DNA of 64,000 nucleotides from Camelus dromedarius (Eukaryota): the NCBI RefSeq assembly GCF_036321535.1, contig NC_087436.1, positions 46,254,001 to 46,318,000 on the forward strand. The letters are read 5' to 3'. How positions within the stretch are numbered: the stretch's first letter is position 1; the number at the start of each line of letters is the position of its first letter. The notes under the pieces were generated by a model. It made no database searches. It was not told the origin of the DNA and saw only the letters and a list, made by a program, of their open reading frames with translations. The position numbers were made by a program, and so were the translations under genes. Positions 54,020-64,000 of this stretch are shown here, piece after piece.

Positions 54020-55570
54020 AGTAGTCTCTCTGTACCTTAGTCATTTCTTCAATTCCTACTCATTCCTCAGTCCCATATAACCCATCTCCTACCTCCATGT
54101 CTTCACAGAGAAATTTCTTCTGGCAAAGCTCACAACACTAGCTTACGGCCCTATGCAGGGGGCTTTGGATGCTCATCTAGTTGAAATTTCCTGCTGCATT
54201 TCACTCTTGATCACCACCTCTTTTTTGAAACTCTCCTTCCTTGGGTGTTTCAGGAGCACTCTCTTGGTGGTGGTGGTGGTTCTACTTCTTTTCTCCCTTT
54301 TTCTTCTTCTGTTTTATTTATTTAATTGCAATTTCTTCTCAGCTGTCTTGCTGAGCTCCTCTTTGCCTACTCTTTAAGGAGGACTCTACAAGTTCTATTT
54401 TGACTCTCCATTTCTTCTTGGTCTACAGAAGATTCCTTTACTTGCATCGTATCTGCTGTCTATATCCTGACGACTTCAAGTCTCCAGCTGAGATTCTTCT
54501 CATACTTTTATTTCCAACCTCTACTGACCTTTCCACCCAAATGTTGTGCAAGCACCTCAAACTCTAAACTTGCTTCTCTGCACCATCTTGCTTGTCTTAG
54601 TTGATGGCTCTATCACAGCCACCCAGTTCACACAATGATTCTAGCTTCCATTGTCCACTCTTTCATGAAATTATTTAATTACCAAGTCCAGGTGATTTTT
54701 ACCTTCTAAATATGTGGTTCTCAACCTTTTTCTCACCCAAACACCTAAAAGTTATGACATGCTTATAGATGTCACTAATAATAGGTCACAGTATCAGTGA
54801 TTCTCATTTGAAATGGGAGTGCACTCCTTGGGGGAATTCCTTAGAGGGAGGGGAGGGGCCACAGGTAGTTTGAAACAGGCCTCTGCATGGTTCTAATAGT
54901 CTCCAGAGATTGAGAATTGCTGTCCTAAGCATTGTGGGAATTAGATGCTCTCTTGCTAGCAGAAGCTTCTGTTTTAGTTCAAGCCCTTAGTCTCTACTTG
55001 ATGACTGGAATACCATTTCACCTTCAGTCTAACCTATCTTTTACATAGTTGCCACGGTAATTATCTAATATAAAAACCTATCATCTCCGCTTAAGACTTT
55101 TAAAGGCTCGCCATTACCCATAAGAAAATAAAAACAAGTGCTACAGTCCTGCTTCTGTCTTCCTTTCCAGCTCTCTGCCTCTCATTTAATCCATAGCCTT
55201 GTGGAACTTGTCCTCTCTGAGCATCTCTTTTTCTCATCTTCATGCTTCCCTTTATCTGAAGTATTCTTTCCTTTATTTGGCTGACAGTTACTCATCATTT
55301 AATGCTCATATCTTTCAAAAAACATTTCCTGACTCTCATCTCTCTCCCCACAGTCTTCCCAAGATCAACGTGTTCTATGTGTTCAGTGTGTGCACATAGA
55401 ATTCTGTGAAAATTGAAATCATCGCACATGCCATAGTTCACTGTTACTATATTTTTATTTTCTTTCCATTGGCTGAGTTTCTTGAGGTTAAAGACCATGC
55501 TTTGTTCATTTTTAGCTGTAGGTTCTACATTGTATCTCTACATGTTCATAAATGTTTGTTGAAGGAAAAG
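54020..55570 (+). mobile_element. L2 LINE fragment with a MER5-like MITE inserted at about 54712-54925
   Basis: L2 motifs (TTGAAACTCTCCTTCCTTGG, CACCTCAAACTC, ATAAATGTTTGTTGAAGGAA). Insert bounded by GTGGTTCTCAACCTT ... TTGAGAATTGCTG. Confidence 0.65.
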
Positions 55571-57837
55571 GTGATTAATAGATTTAAGCAGTTTACCCAT
55601 TTTTTCACTTAAAAAATGTATTGTATACCTACTGTGTGCCAACCATCACTCTGCACACAGATTTCTATAGCAGTAATTTTTTAAAAAGGTAAAAACATTC
55701 CTGTCTATGTAGATTTTACATTATTTTGCTAATACAGGTTAATATTTTAACAAACATTGATAGTTATATAAACATTTCGATAAGAAGAGACTTTCCTGAT
55801 AAACATTAAACAAGTTAGGCTTTTTCTTGGTGACTAATTGAATCTTTGCCAATTATTTTCTTAATTTGTACTTTGGATATTTTTTCCTTCAACATTTCCT
55901 CATGGGCAAGCATTTATTAGGTGGAGTTATGAAAAAAACCCTGTAAGTCATAATAGCAAATACTAATTAGTATTGGATGATAGTAAAAAGTAATATTAAA
56001 ATAGGATCTAGTGTTTCAGTTAAATTTTAACTTCCATTACTCCGGTCACAGCAATAAACCTTTCTTTAATATCATATAATTACAAGATGTATTATTTCTC
56101 CAACATTCACACAAATTAAGGTTGTAAAATTAGTTTACTTATGGATATTTTATTCTAAATATCATGTCAAGAGAGAGAGGAATTATGTCTTTGAAAGTAA
56201 GATTGTAGAACAGACATGTTGATAGGTCCATGGCTCTAGCCTAATGGTAGATGCTGTTCTAATTAATATTATAAATGGGCTCTTTATTAAAATTTGTCTT
56301 TCTAAACAATGGAGAATATAGTCATTTTCAGGAGGAAAAAGTCAGGTCTACAAATCAAGTATTTCATTAGGAAAAATGTAAATGAACATGTAACACTAAT
56401 ACTCTTATTTTTGTGGCATGATATTTCACCATGAATTAATCCTCACAGCTCTAAATACTACTATTCAGTATTTTCAAGTGGAAAAATCAAAACAGAGCAT
56501 ATTTCAACAAAGTAATGGCAGATCCTGGAAGGTTTAAAGAATTATGTTATTAGAAGAGGATTTTAAAGTTTTCGTTTCCACTCTCACATTGCCTAAAAAT
56601 GAAAAAAAAAAAACAAAACCCGTATATCATTAATTCCTTATTTTAAGAGGATAATGAATAACCCCCCCAAATGCACTCCAACATATCAGAATCTTTATTT
56701 TGGCTCCATAGGTTTTCCTAATAGCTAATCAAAATTTCTTCTTTTACTTGAAAAAAACAGATTCTAGGATTAAATTAATGTGATACGATTTATTTAAAAT
56801 ATGGCTATTGAGTCAAATTACCAAACTTTTTGAGATTTTATTTAAATTAAAATTCTTTTACATATTGTCAAGAATGAAAGTGGGTAATAGCAAATTTGAG
56901 ATAACACCCTTATTTCATACCTACCAGTCATAGCCGATCCAACAGCATTAGGTTACAAGAAGTTAGTTCTTCCAAGAGTGTTGGAAGTAGCCTCTTTGAA
57001 AATTTTTCTTCAGAATCTGGGAGCAAAATTGCAATAAGAAACTAAAACTAGAGAGAGAGAGAGACTGTAGACTATTTAAAATCTAATGACTTTTCCTTCC
57101 TGACATACTGCTGCTCGAATGAGCACCAACTGTTGTTTCTCTATCTGACTCTGTTTATCAATGTATTTGTGAACTATCCATCTCTTTACCCAACTTCTTT
57201 TTTCTTTTTTTAGATCTGGTTTTTTTAATCTTAAAAACTCACTGACACTTTTCAGCACTATTGGTCTCCAAATCTAGTTCTGATGAACTTAATTAGTGAT
57301 CTTTATCTCTTTCAAAAGATAGTGCTCCTTCCTATCTGATCCCATGGTGGCTTGGTACTAAGGGAGAGCTGGAGGCATCACTCTGTCTCTTTGTCTTCCA
57401 TTAAATGATGTCACTGGCACATGTGCTGACATTGTCCGGCAGAGTCATGTGCTCCCCATCTGGCACTGCAATGTGTCTGGCTTTGCGTGGCCACTATTCA
57501 CACACTCTGGCTGAGCTCCTGGTGAAGGTGCAGGTGAGGAAAGCTGGCTTCTGTGATGGATTTGCCTTGGTATGTGCTGTCTTGCCTTTCCATGTGCACC
57601 CCACTCTTCATCTCCCAAATACAGATTATATCTGGATGATGATGTGTAAGAAGGATTTTACTGCCCTCATTGGCTCTATCTTTCATCTCCCTGTACTGTT
57701 CTTATTATAGACTCCCCTCATCTTTTTTTCTGTGTATATTCCCATTAAATACTCGTAAAATATGTGGTATTAAAAAACAAAATATATGCCTACCAAAGAT
57801 AATCTGATTAATTCAGACAGTGAATACAGCAGTATAT

Positions 57838-57917
57838 ATATAACTGAAAAATTGTGCTCTACGCTGGAATTTGACACAACATTGTGAAATGACTATAACT
57901 CAATAAAATTGTAAAAA
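57838..57917 (+). mobile_element. Extremely 5'-truncated young L1 3' end (about 80 bp)
   Basis: ACTGAAAAATTGTGCTCTACGCTGGAATTTGACACAACATTGTGAAATGACTATAACTCAATAAAA is an L1 3'-UTR terminus. Perfect 15-bp TSD AATACAGCAGTATAT (57823-57837, 57918-57932). Confidence 0.85.
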
Positions 57918-58010
57918 AATACAGCAGTATATTTAACATTTTATTCGGAATAATCTTGCTTTCAGTCATCTTTCACAATTCAGGCACCTAGTATCAGTAA
58001 GGCAGTAGAG

Positions 58011-58365
58011 CAGCACTGTCCATTGAAAATACAATGCTAACCACCTGTGCAACTTAAAATTTCCTGATAGCTACACTTAAAAAGGTAAAAAGAAACAGAT
58101 GGAATTAATTTTAATAGCATATTTTATTTAACCTAGTGTATCCAAAATATTCTTTTCAACCATCAAAAACATTACTGAGAAGGGGAGTGGTATAGCTCCA
58201 TGGTAGACCACATGCTTAGTATGCACAAGGTCCTGAGTTCAATCCCCAGTACCTCCATTAAGAATAAACAAATAAATAAATGAACCTAATTACCACTCCC
58301 CCTTGCCCCTCAAAAAACTTTACTGAGATGTTCTCATTCTTTTTTTCATACTAAGTCTTTAAAAA
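58011..58365 (+). mobile_element. MER33-like hAT-Charlie MITE, interrupted by the Vic-1 SINE
   Basis: Begins CAGCACTGTCCATTGAAAATACAATG, contains AAAAAGAAACAGATGGAATTAATTTTAATAG, and resumes after the SINE with TTTTTTTCATACTAAGTCTT. Confidence 0.8.
58182..58312 (+). mobile_element. tRNA-derived SINE, camelid Vic-1 type
   Basis: GGGGAGTGGTATAGCTC... A-box region, GAGTTCAATCCCC B-box, and AATAAA-rich tail ending CCTAATTACC-C-rich. 16-bp TSD AAAAACATTACTGAGA (58165-58180) / AAAAACTTTACTGAGA (58313-58328). Confidence 0.88.
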
Positions 58366-58490
58366 CAGCACAGCCACCTATCTCCTCTTAAGACCTCTTT
58401 GTTATATAAGGTTAAATGTGATTGTCTAATCAGATTTTATTGCCAAATAATCTAAAATAAGCCAAAAGATTGTTACAAATAGGGACTTCC

Positions 58491-58523
58491 ATCACTTTTC
58501 AGCCTTTTGGCTAAGATCAAGTG
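58491..58523 (+). pseudogene. RNU2: 3'-truncated U2 snRNA retropseudogene (U2 nt 1-33)
   Basis: ATCACTTTTCAGCCTTTTGGCTAAGATCAAGTG versus U2 5' end ATCGCTTCTCGGCCTTTTGGCTAAGATCAAGTG (30/33). Flanked by the degenerate direct repeat AAATAGGGACTTCC (58477-58490) / AAATATGAACTTTC (58524-58537). Confidence 0.92.
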
Positions 58524-59186
58524 AAATATGAACTTTCATTTGCTACCATTATGCTGCAACTCATCCCCAGAGCTTTTGTGCCTTGAGATATTAAGTCATG
58601 ATGGTATGAAACTATCATGATTAGCAAGATACTTTAAATTATTTTTAGTGCTTTTTATATTATTTTTAAGTCTATTTTTGTATATGAATTATAAACTAAT
58701 GGCTCACTAATATACAATTTATAAGTAAATATAAATATATTATGAATGCAGGTTCCAACTTGAAAGGGGTGCATGTTAAAAAATATTTGATGACCACTAG
58801 CGTACAGGATAAAGTATAAATATTTCAACTATTTTTTGAGGTTTTTCTCCTTTGTCCACATATTAACCCCGTTGAAATCACCAATGCTTTCCCCCATGGT
58901 TCCTCTAAATTAAGACCACCAATGAAAACCAGATTCTCCTTCTTGTTTGCTTGAACACAACATTTTATTTCTCATATCCAGGATTTTGCTCAAGCTTACT
59001 TTCTTATTTGCTTCTCTCCTTCATCCTTTCAGCTTTAAAAATAACATTCATCCTACTGGATTCAGCACAATTCTTGCTTCCTGGACATCATACTTGAACG
59101 ATCACTTTATCCTATCCTAGTATCTTCCTGGCATGAATTCTTACATATTTTTTCTGTGCCATTTATTTTGACATCTGTGTATAGAC

Positions 59187-59230
<44 letters not shown>
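59187..59230. repeat. (TAT)n trinucleotide microsatellite, about 14 units
   Basis: Uninterrupted TATTATTAT... run. Confidence 0.95.
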
Positions 59231-60062
59231 GTGTATGCTCTGTTTTCTCAACTAAATTTTAAGTATTTTGAAAGCAGGAACGTTATATGTCTTTTATGTG
59301 AAATTTTAGTGCCTATTACAGTGTACAGAGCTACATAATATTATATAACTAAATACTAGGTGGAAATAAAATTAAGATTTAGGTACTTCTGTTCTTAACT
59401 TTAATTTTCTTCATCATTATGGCCTATCTTAGTCTCTGTGGTCTAGAGAGATTTTACTGATTATTGTGTATGTCTGTGGAAAGATGGCTTTAATAAAAAA
59501 TTAATTGCTTTGTGAAGCCAAGGTATTTTCTGTTCTCTCATCTCATCCATGTTTGTTTGTTTTTTAATCCTTAAAAAACGTTATGTTTGTAAGAGATAGG
59601 GACAATTCAGAGACTTTCCCTGAAGGGCTTAATAAACTTAGCCAACTCTGTACAATCTCCCATAACTTGTCATTTTAGTATGACAGTCCAGCAGGAATGG
59701 AAAAATATGGTGTGGTTTATTAGCAGAAATGCCACATGGTACAGGTGAAAAGATAACATTTGACATCTGTCAAGGGAATGGGACAAATTTCACAAATCAA
59801 AACCCAGCTTAGCCCAGGTGTCAGTGTCGTCACATCATATGATCACCATTTAACTCATATTTCACCTATGTTAATCATAAATTGTCCTCTCTGAAAAATT
59901 TTTGTGTCATTTCTCTAGAACATTTTATTTTTTAGTTTTGAAGAAAATAAGAAGTTATTATATAATATATGTTAGATTTGAGCACAGCAATTGGGATTTG
60001 AGTGAAAAATTACACAAAAATTATATAAAATATTTGACAAAATAAAATAGTACAACTAAATA

Positions 60063-60278
60063 GGGGGAAAAGGGAGTTACTGTTTAATGCATATAGAGTT
60101 TCAGTTTTGCTAGATGAAAAGAGTTCTGGAGATGGATGGTGGTAATGATTGCACAAAAATGTGAATGGACTTAATGCCACTGAGCTATATACTTAAAAAT
60201 GGTTAAGATATTATGTGTATTTCATCACAATTCCGAACAAAGCAAAAAAAAAAAAAAAAAAAAAAAAGGAGGGGAAGA
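60063..60278 (+). mobile_element. L1MB-type 3' end with A24 tail and 12-bp TSD
   Basis: GGGAGTTACTGTTTAATG..TATAGAGTTTCAGTTTTGC.AGATGAAAAGAGTTCTGGAGATGGATGGTGG. TSD TACAACTAAATA (60051-60062, 60279-60290). Confidence 0.9.
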
Positions 60279-61289
60279 TACAACTAAATAAAAACATGCT
60301 TTATTTCACTTATTCCCAAACTTGGTTGTACATCAAAAATCATCTGAAGAGTTTTCATAAAATGTGCACCTCCAAGCTCCCTTAGCCTTGGAATCTGTAT
60401 TTTATACTCTCCCAATTTGGAAATCCTCTGCTCTCCCTGTTCCCAGTTTCACATGTAGTTATAGCACAGTGTGCTTCTTACAATGATTTTAAAGTTCAAA
60501 AAGTAATACTGGTCTGGGGCAGACAAGCCAGAAGGGAACTTGGATACAGCTTCTCTAATCCTCTCTTCTCCAAAAGAGGTTTTGGTGATTAGAAGGCAGA
60601 CAGTCCCCTGAATCACCGTTTTGAGGTTTCCTGCAGTGTACGTACCATGGGCCCTTGTTTTAGTCCTACACTAATGTAAAGTCACTGATCTGCTCAGGGA
60701 TGCACAGCAAGCTAGTAGCAGCTTCATCATGCCCAGTTCCCAGAACTAGCTTCACTGTCAGGCTAGGCTGGATGTTCCCTGGCCAAGGCTAAGCTCTTAG
60801 CCACAGATATTCAGTATGTTTCAGGCACAGAGAAGCCAAATACCATTTGGTATAGAGCCAACTGCAAAGCTAAGTCCCTACCATGATTTATTGGCAGAGA
60901 TAGATTGGAGAGGTGGGGACTCAGTTGTTAGAATAGAATACAACATATCTTTAGATACTGGAGGAGGCATATCAGGGAATAATTTTGTCATTTCTTATTG
61001 TTTTTTGACAATTTCAATACTATTTAAGTTTATTTTATACAAGGTTTAAAATCACTTAACCTGAATAACGTAGAGTATGTGTGTTACCATACCTACCTTT
61101 TGTTTACACAGTTGTCTGGGAGTTGTGTTTAAGTCTGTGGTGTGGAAAGGATCAATCTACACTGTTCCCTACTCAAAAGCTGATTATGGTCACCACAACA
61201 CCATCATGTTTAATAATATTTCTTTACTAACTAGATCCATCTTGCATATAGGTATATAATATAAATACATAATGTCTCACATAAAAGGA

Positions 61290-61530
61290 ACTAACATTTA
61301 CTGATTACTAAGTACCAAGTGATTTTTAGTTCACTTAGTCCTCATACCAGCCCTCGGAGGCTGGTTTTACTGTCCTATTTTTTTTTTTTTTTCTTTTACC
61401 AGTGAGGAATTTAAGGCTTAGAGAGTAACTTACTTGAGGTCACCCAAATAATGAATGATGGAGCTATGTTTCTGTGCCACATATGTCTGGATCCAAAATC
61501 AATGATTTTCCTACTTTAGCATACTGCTTC
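61290..61530 (-). mobile_element. MIR SINE
   Basis: CTAACATTTACTGA...TGAGGAATTTAAGGCTTAGAGAGTAACTTACTTGAGGTCAC. Confidence 0.75.
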
Positions 61531-62667
61531 AACTAGAACTTACTTACGCATCAATAACTAATCCTCTCTTTGAGAACTGGAAAGAATAATGGACCAAATA
61601 TGATTAAGCAATCTTGAGGTTTCATTATGCCTCATAAATGTTTAATTTAAGCAGCACATACTCAGGAATGAAAGCATGGTCCTAATGTGCAAATGTATCA
61701 AAGCACTTTAGAATATTTTATGGCTAGGAAATAATATGCTGCACCAATGAAATGTTCTGCCTGATCATGAGTGATTCTTATTCTGTACTTTGAAGCTTTT
61801 CTCTCTTTCTCCATTTCTCTTATCACTCTCGTCTAATTCTTTAATGGATGAAAAAATGAGCTGGGAAAGTGAGAATGTAAAAGAGAAAGGAAGAGAGAAG
61901 TATCCTGTGAGGTAGAATCCCATAGCTTATAAAATGAAAGTTATCAAGTCATTTAATTGAAATAAATGCAGTAGACAGTTAGACTGTAGCAGATATCTGG
62001 TACAGTTTAGTTTCTTTTGCCCTTGAAACAAGAAGAGCTGCAGTACTTTGAAACATTATTAAACTGTGCACTGATTTGAGTTTATATTACATTCTAATGT
62101 CATTATTGTGTTTGTTTTTACTGTCAGTACAGGACATGGTGATATGGCGATGAAATATTCTTGAATTCTTGTCGCAAATCAGAGCAGATCAAGCTAGGGA
62201 GTTTTGTTCTACCTTCTTGTTTCCAGAGATAAACTTAAGATATGAATCTTACTGTTTGCAAATATGTTCTGATTCCTTGAAAGAATCGACTTAAAAGAAG
62301 GTGTATACAAAATGAAGTAAATTGGCCTCTAATGAGTCAATTTGTCTTGTTTTAGAAAGGATGTCAGAATTTATCAAGAAAGTATGTTTTTCATTTGTGT
62401 GCTTTACGTTTCTTGTTTACCACAAGACTTATGAAAAAATTCTAGATTTTTTGACCTCTTCATTTCAATTAGCAAAATAATGAAACTTTTCTGCATGCAC
62501 ATTTTCTTCCTAAAAAAGAATACTATAGCATGACAAAACATAAATGATCTCATTACAGAGCTTGGTGAATGAGAAGAAGACTTTGTGTTGGAAAATGAAT
62601 TGGAGTTATTATGTGAATTTCTTCCCACCATTTTGTTTCCTTCAAAAGAGGAACCATTAATAGGTAG

Positions 62668-63071
62668 TATCCACTGGGGAAAAAACGCATAACCTAACAA
62701 TTGAGAGTTATGTTTTATTTGGAGACCTTACTGAGACTGTAGCCTGAAATACAGCCTCTCAGTTAGCACTGAGAGACTGTTCTAAAGAGGTAAGGGAGGA
62801 GCCAGGATATACAGGAAATTTTGCTGAAAAAAACATGTAGTCAAACATCAAAAAGATTACTGCTAATCACAAGTTAATGATTTTAGTGCTTTTCTATGTG
62901 TGGGAAAATGCAAAAGTCTGAACTCATTGAAATTATTCCTTTGATATGCATCTTAACTATCTAGGTCCAGTGTCCTGTTTTTCTCCATCCTGAATTCCTC
63001 TCAGGGCAGACTGTCCAAGGGCGGCTGCAGTGGCTGATGGCTTGATAGTGGGCAACATTTTTTTGTCCACA
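62668..63071 (-). mobile_element. ERV1 solo LTR (MER41-like, laurasiatherian type)
   Basis: GAGAGTTATGTTTTATTTGG...CAGCCTCTCAG..AGCACTGAGAGACTGTTC...AAGTTAATGATTTTAGTGCTTTTCTATG...TTCCTTTGATATGCA. 4-bp TSD GTAG (62664-62667, 63072-63075). Confidence 0.8.
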
Positions 63072-63949
63072 GTAGTATTTTTTTAAGTCACAAATATTGC
63101 TTACTTTATCATCTTACCAAAGAAATGGCACAAGTAGTTTTTTTGAACAAAGGTTATGTTCAGTTACTCATTCTTTCTATGTTTAGATCTACTATCAATT
63201 GCAATTTTCATCTTATCAGCCCTCTGGGGCTTCAAAAGTGGGACAACTGTCACTTGTTTCCTACCAAAGCTGTTCCATCTCCAGTTAACTCTTTAATGGA
63301 CATTGATTACTGATTCCAAGTGCTGAAAATTGATAATGATGACAACAATAACAATGATGAAGTACCTTTTCTAACAACTACTAACGTTCTCAACCAGTGA
63401 TCATGGGCACAAAAACCATAGGATTAATAATTTCATAGTGAAATGAAATGAAATATTGAGTTTTATACTCCAGAAACACTTTGTTTAAGAAGATGTATTG
63501 AAATTGCCTATTTTAGTCTCAATTTTTTTGAAGATTCATTCAAGGCAGCTTCAGACTGAGCATGAAAATATACCCATTGAAAGAAATTGGATGTTCAGCA
63601 CCCTGCCAGCTGTACTTAGCCCAAAGTTCCTCTAATTTAGAAGTGTTACTTCCTGAGAAAGCTATTTTTCCTTTCACTGGGGATAAATCTGTGTATTGAA
63701 TGGCCTACCTAGATTACAGCAACTGACTTGAAAAAAATCTTTGTAATCATCAGTGATGTCATATCATGATTTTTCCCCCTAAGGGATAGCAATTTGCTAC
63801 CTGCTTTCCTTCCACATATGCTTTGTAGGAATAAAGTTTAAGTTTAAACATCCCTTTGAAAGCTGTTAGGAAACAGTTTCCTATCTGCAGACATAGGTTC
63901 TGTTGGAAAAGTAGAGTCCTGTTAGGTGGAATTACATGTCAGAATACTT

Positions 63950-64000
63950 CTGTTTGATTTCTTCTTCTTGTTATTCTAGGGGGAAAAAAAGAATTTTCTT
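63950..64000 (+). other. Possible 3' splice acceptor and start of an exon at the window end
   Basis: Pyrimidine tract TTTGATTTCTTCTTCTTGTTATTCTAG (AG 63978-63979). The following 21 nt are open in all three frames, too short to identify. Confidence 0.25.

Noticed and set aside
58182..58255. tRNA gene
   Set aside because: The A/B boxes belong to a SINE head with tail and TSD, and there is no intact acceptor stem.
58596..58620. Hairpin TCATGATGGT-ATGAA-ACTATCATGA as a miRNA or structured RNA
   Set aside because: The stem is only 10 bp, too short for a pre-miRNA, and within chance expectation.
59156..59338. Poly-leucine signal-peptide-like ORF
   Set aside because: It is the translation of the (TAT)n microsatellite.
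62668..63071. Interferon-inducible (STAT1) enhancer as in primate MER41B
   Set aside because: I did not find a TTCNNNGAA GAS motif in this copy.

Overview
This is an AT-rich, CpG-depleted mammalian window, and I found no intact protein-coding gene in it. A tRNA-derived SINE matching the camelid Vic-1 family, with no Alu, Bov-A/tA, PRE-1, ERE or Can-SINE seen, points to a camelid (camel, alpaca or llama). Most of the recognisable sequence is transposable-element debris: L1, L2, MIR, MaLR/ERVL/ERV1 solo LTRs, Tigger and hAT-Charlie MITEs. There are also two retroposed cellular RNAs. One is a full-length, disabled RPS29 processed pseudogene (minus strand, about 47.9-48.2 kb). The other is a 33-nt 3'-truncated U2 snRNA pseudogene (58.5 kb). 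All ten solo LTRs I could confidently orient lie on the minus strand, which suggests the window is inside a long intron of a plus-strand gene that I cannot name. A possible exon begins in the last 21 bases. The most interesting observations are the RPS29 retrocopy junctions (putative cap-derived G, microhomology deletion, expanded TSD), three independent retroinsertions within about 700 bp at 57.8-58.5 kb, candidate microexons (including a 27-bp tandem duplication of a splice donor), nested TE series, and repeat-free motif-dense islands that may be enhancers. I found no convincing novel biological system. Repeat family names come from my recollection of consensus sequences, not from a database search.
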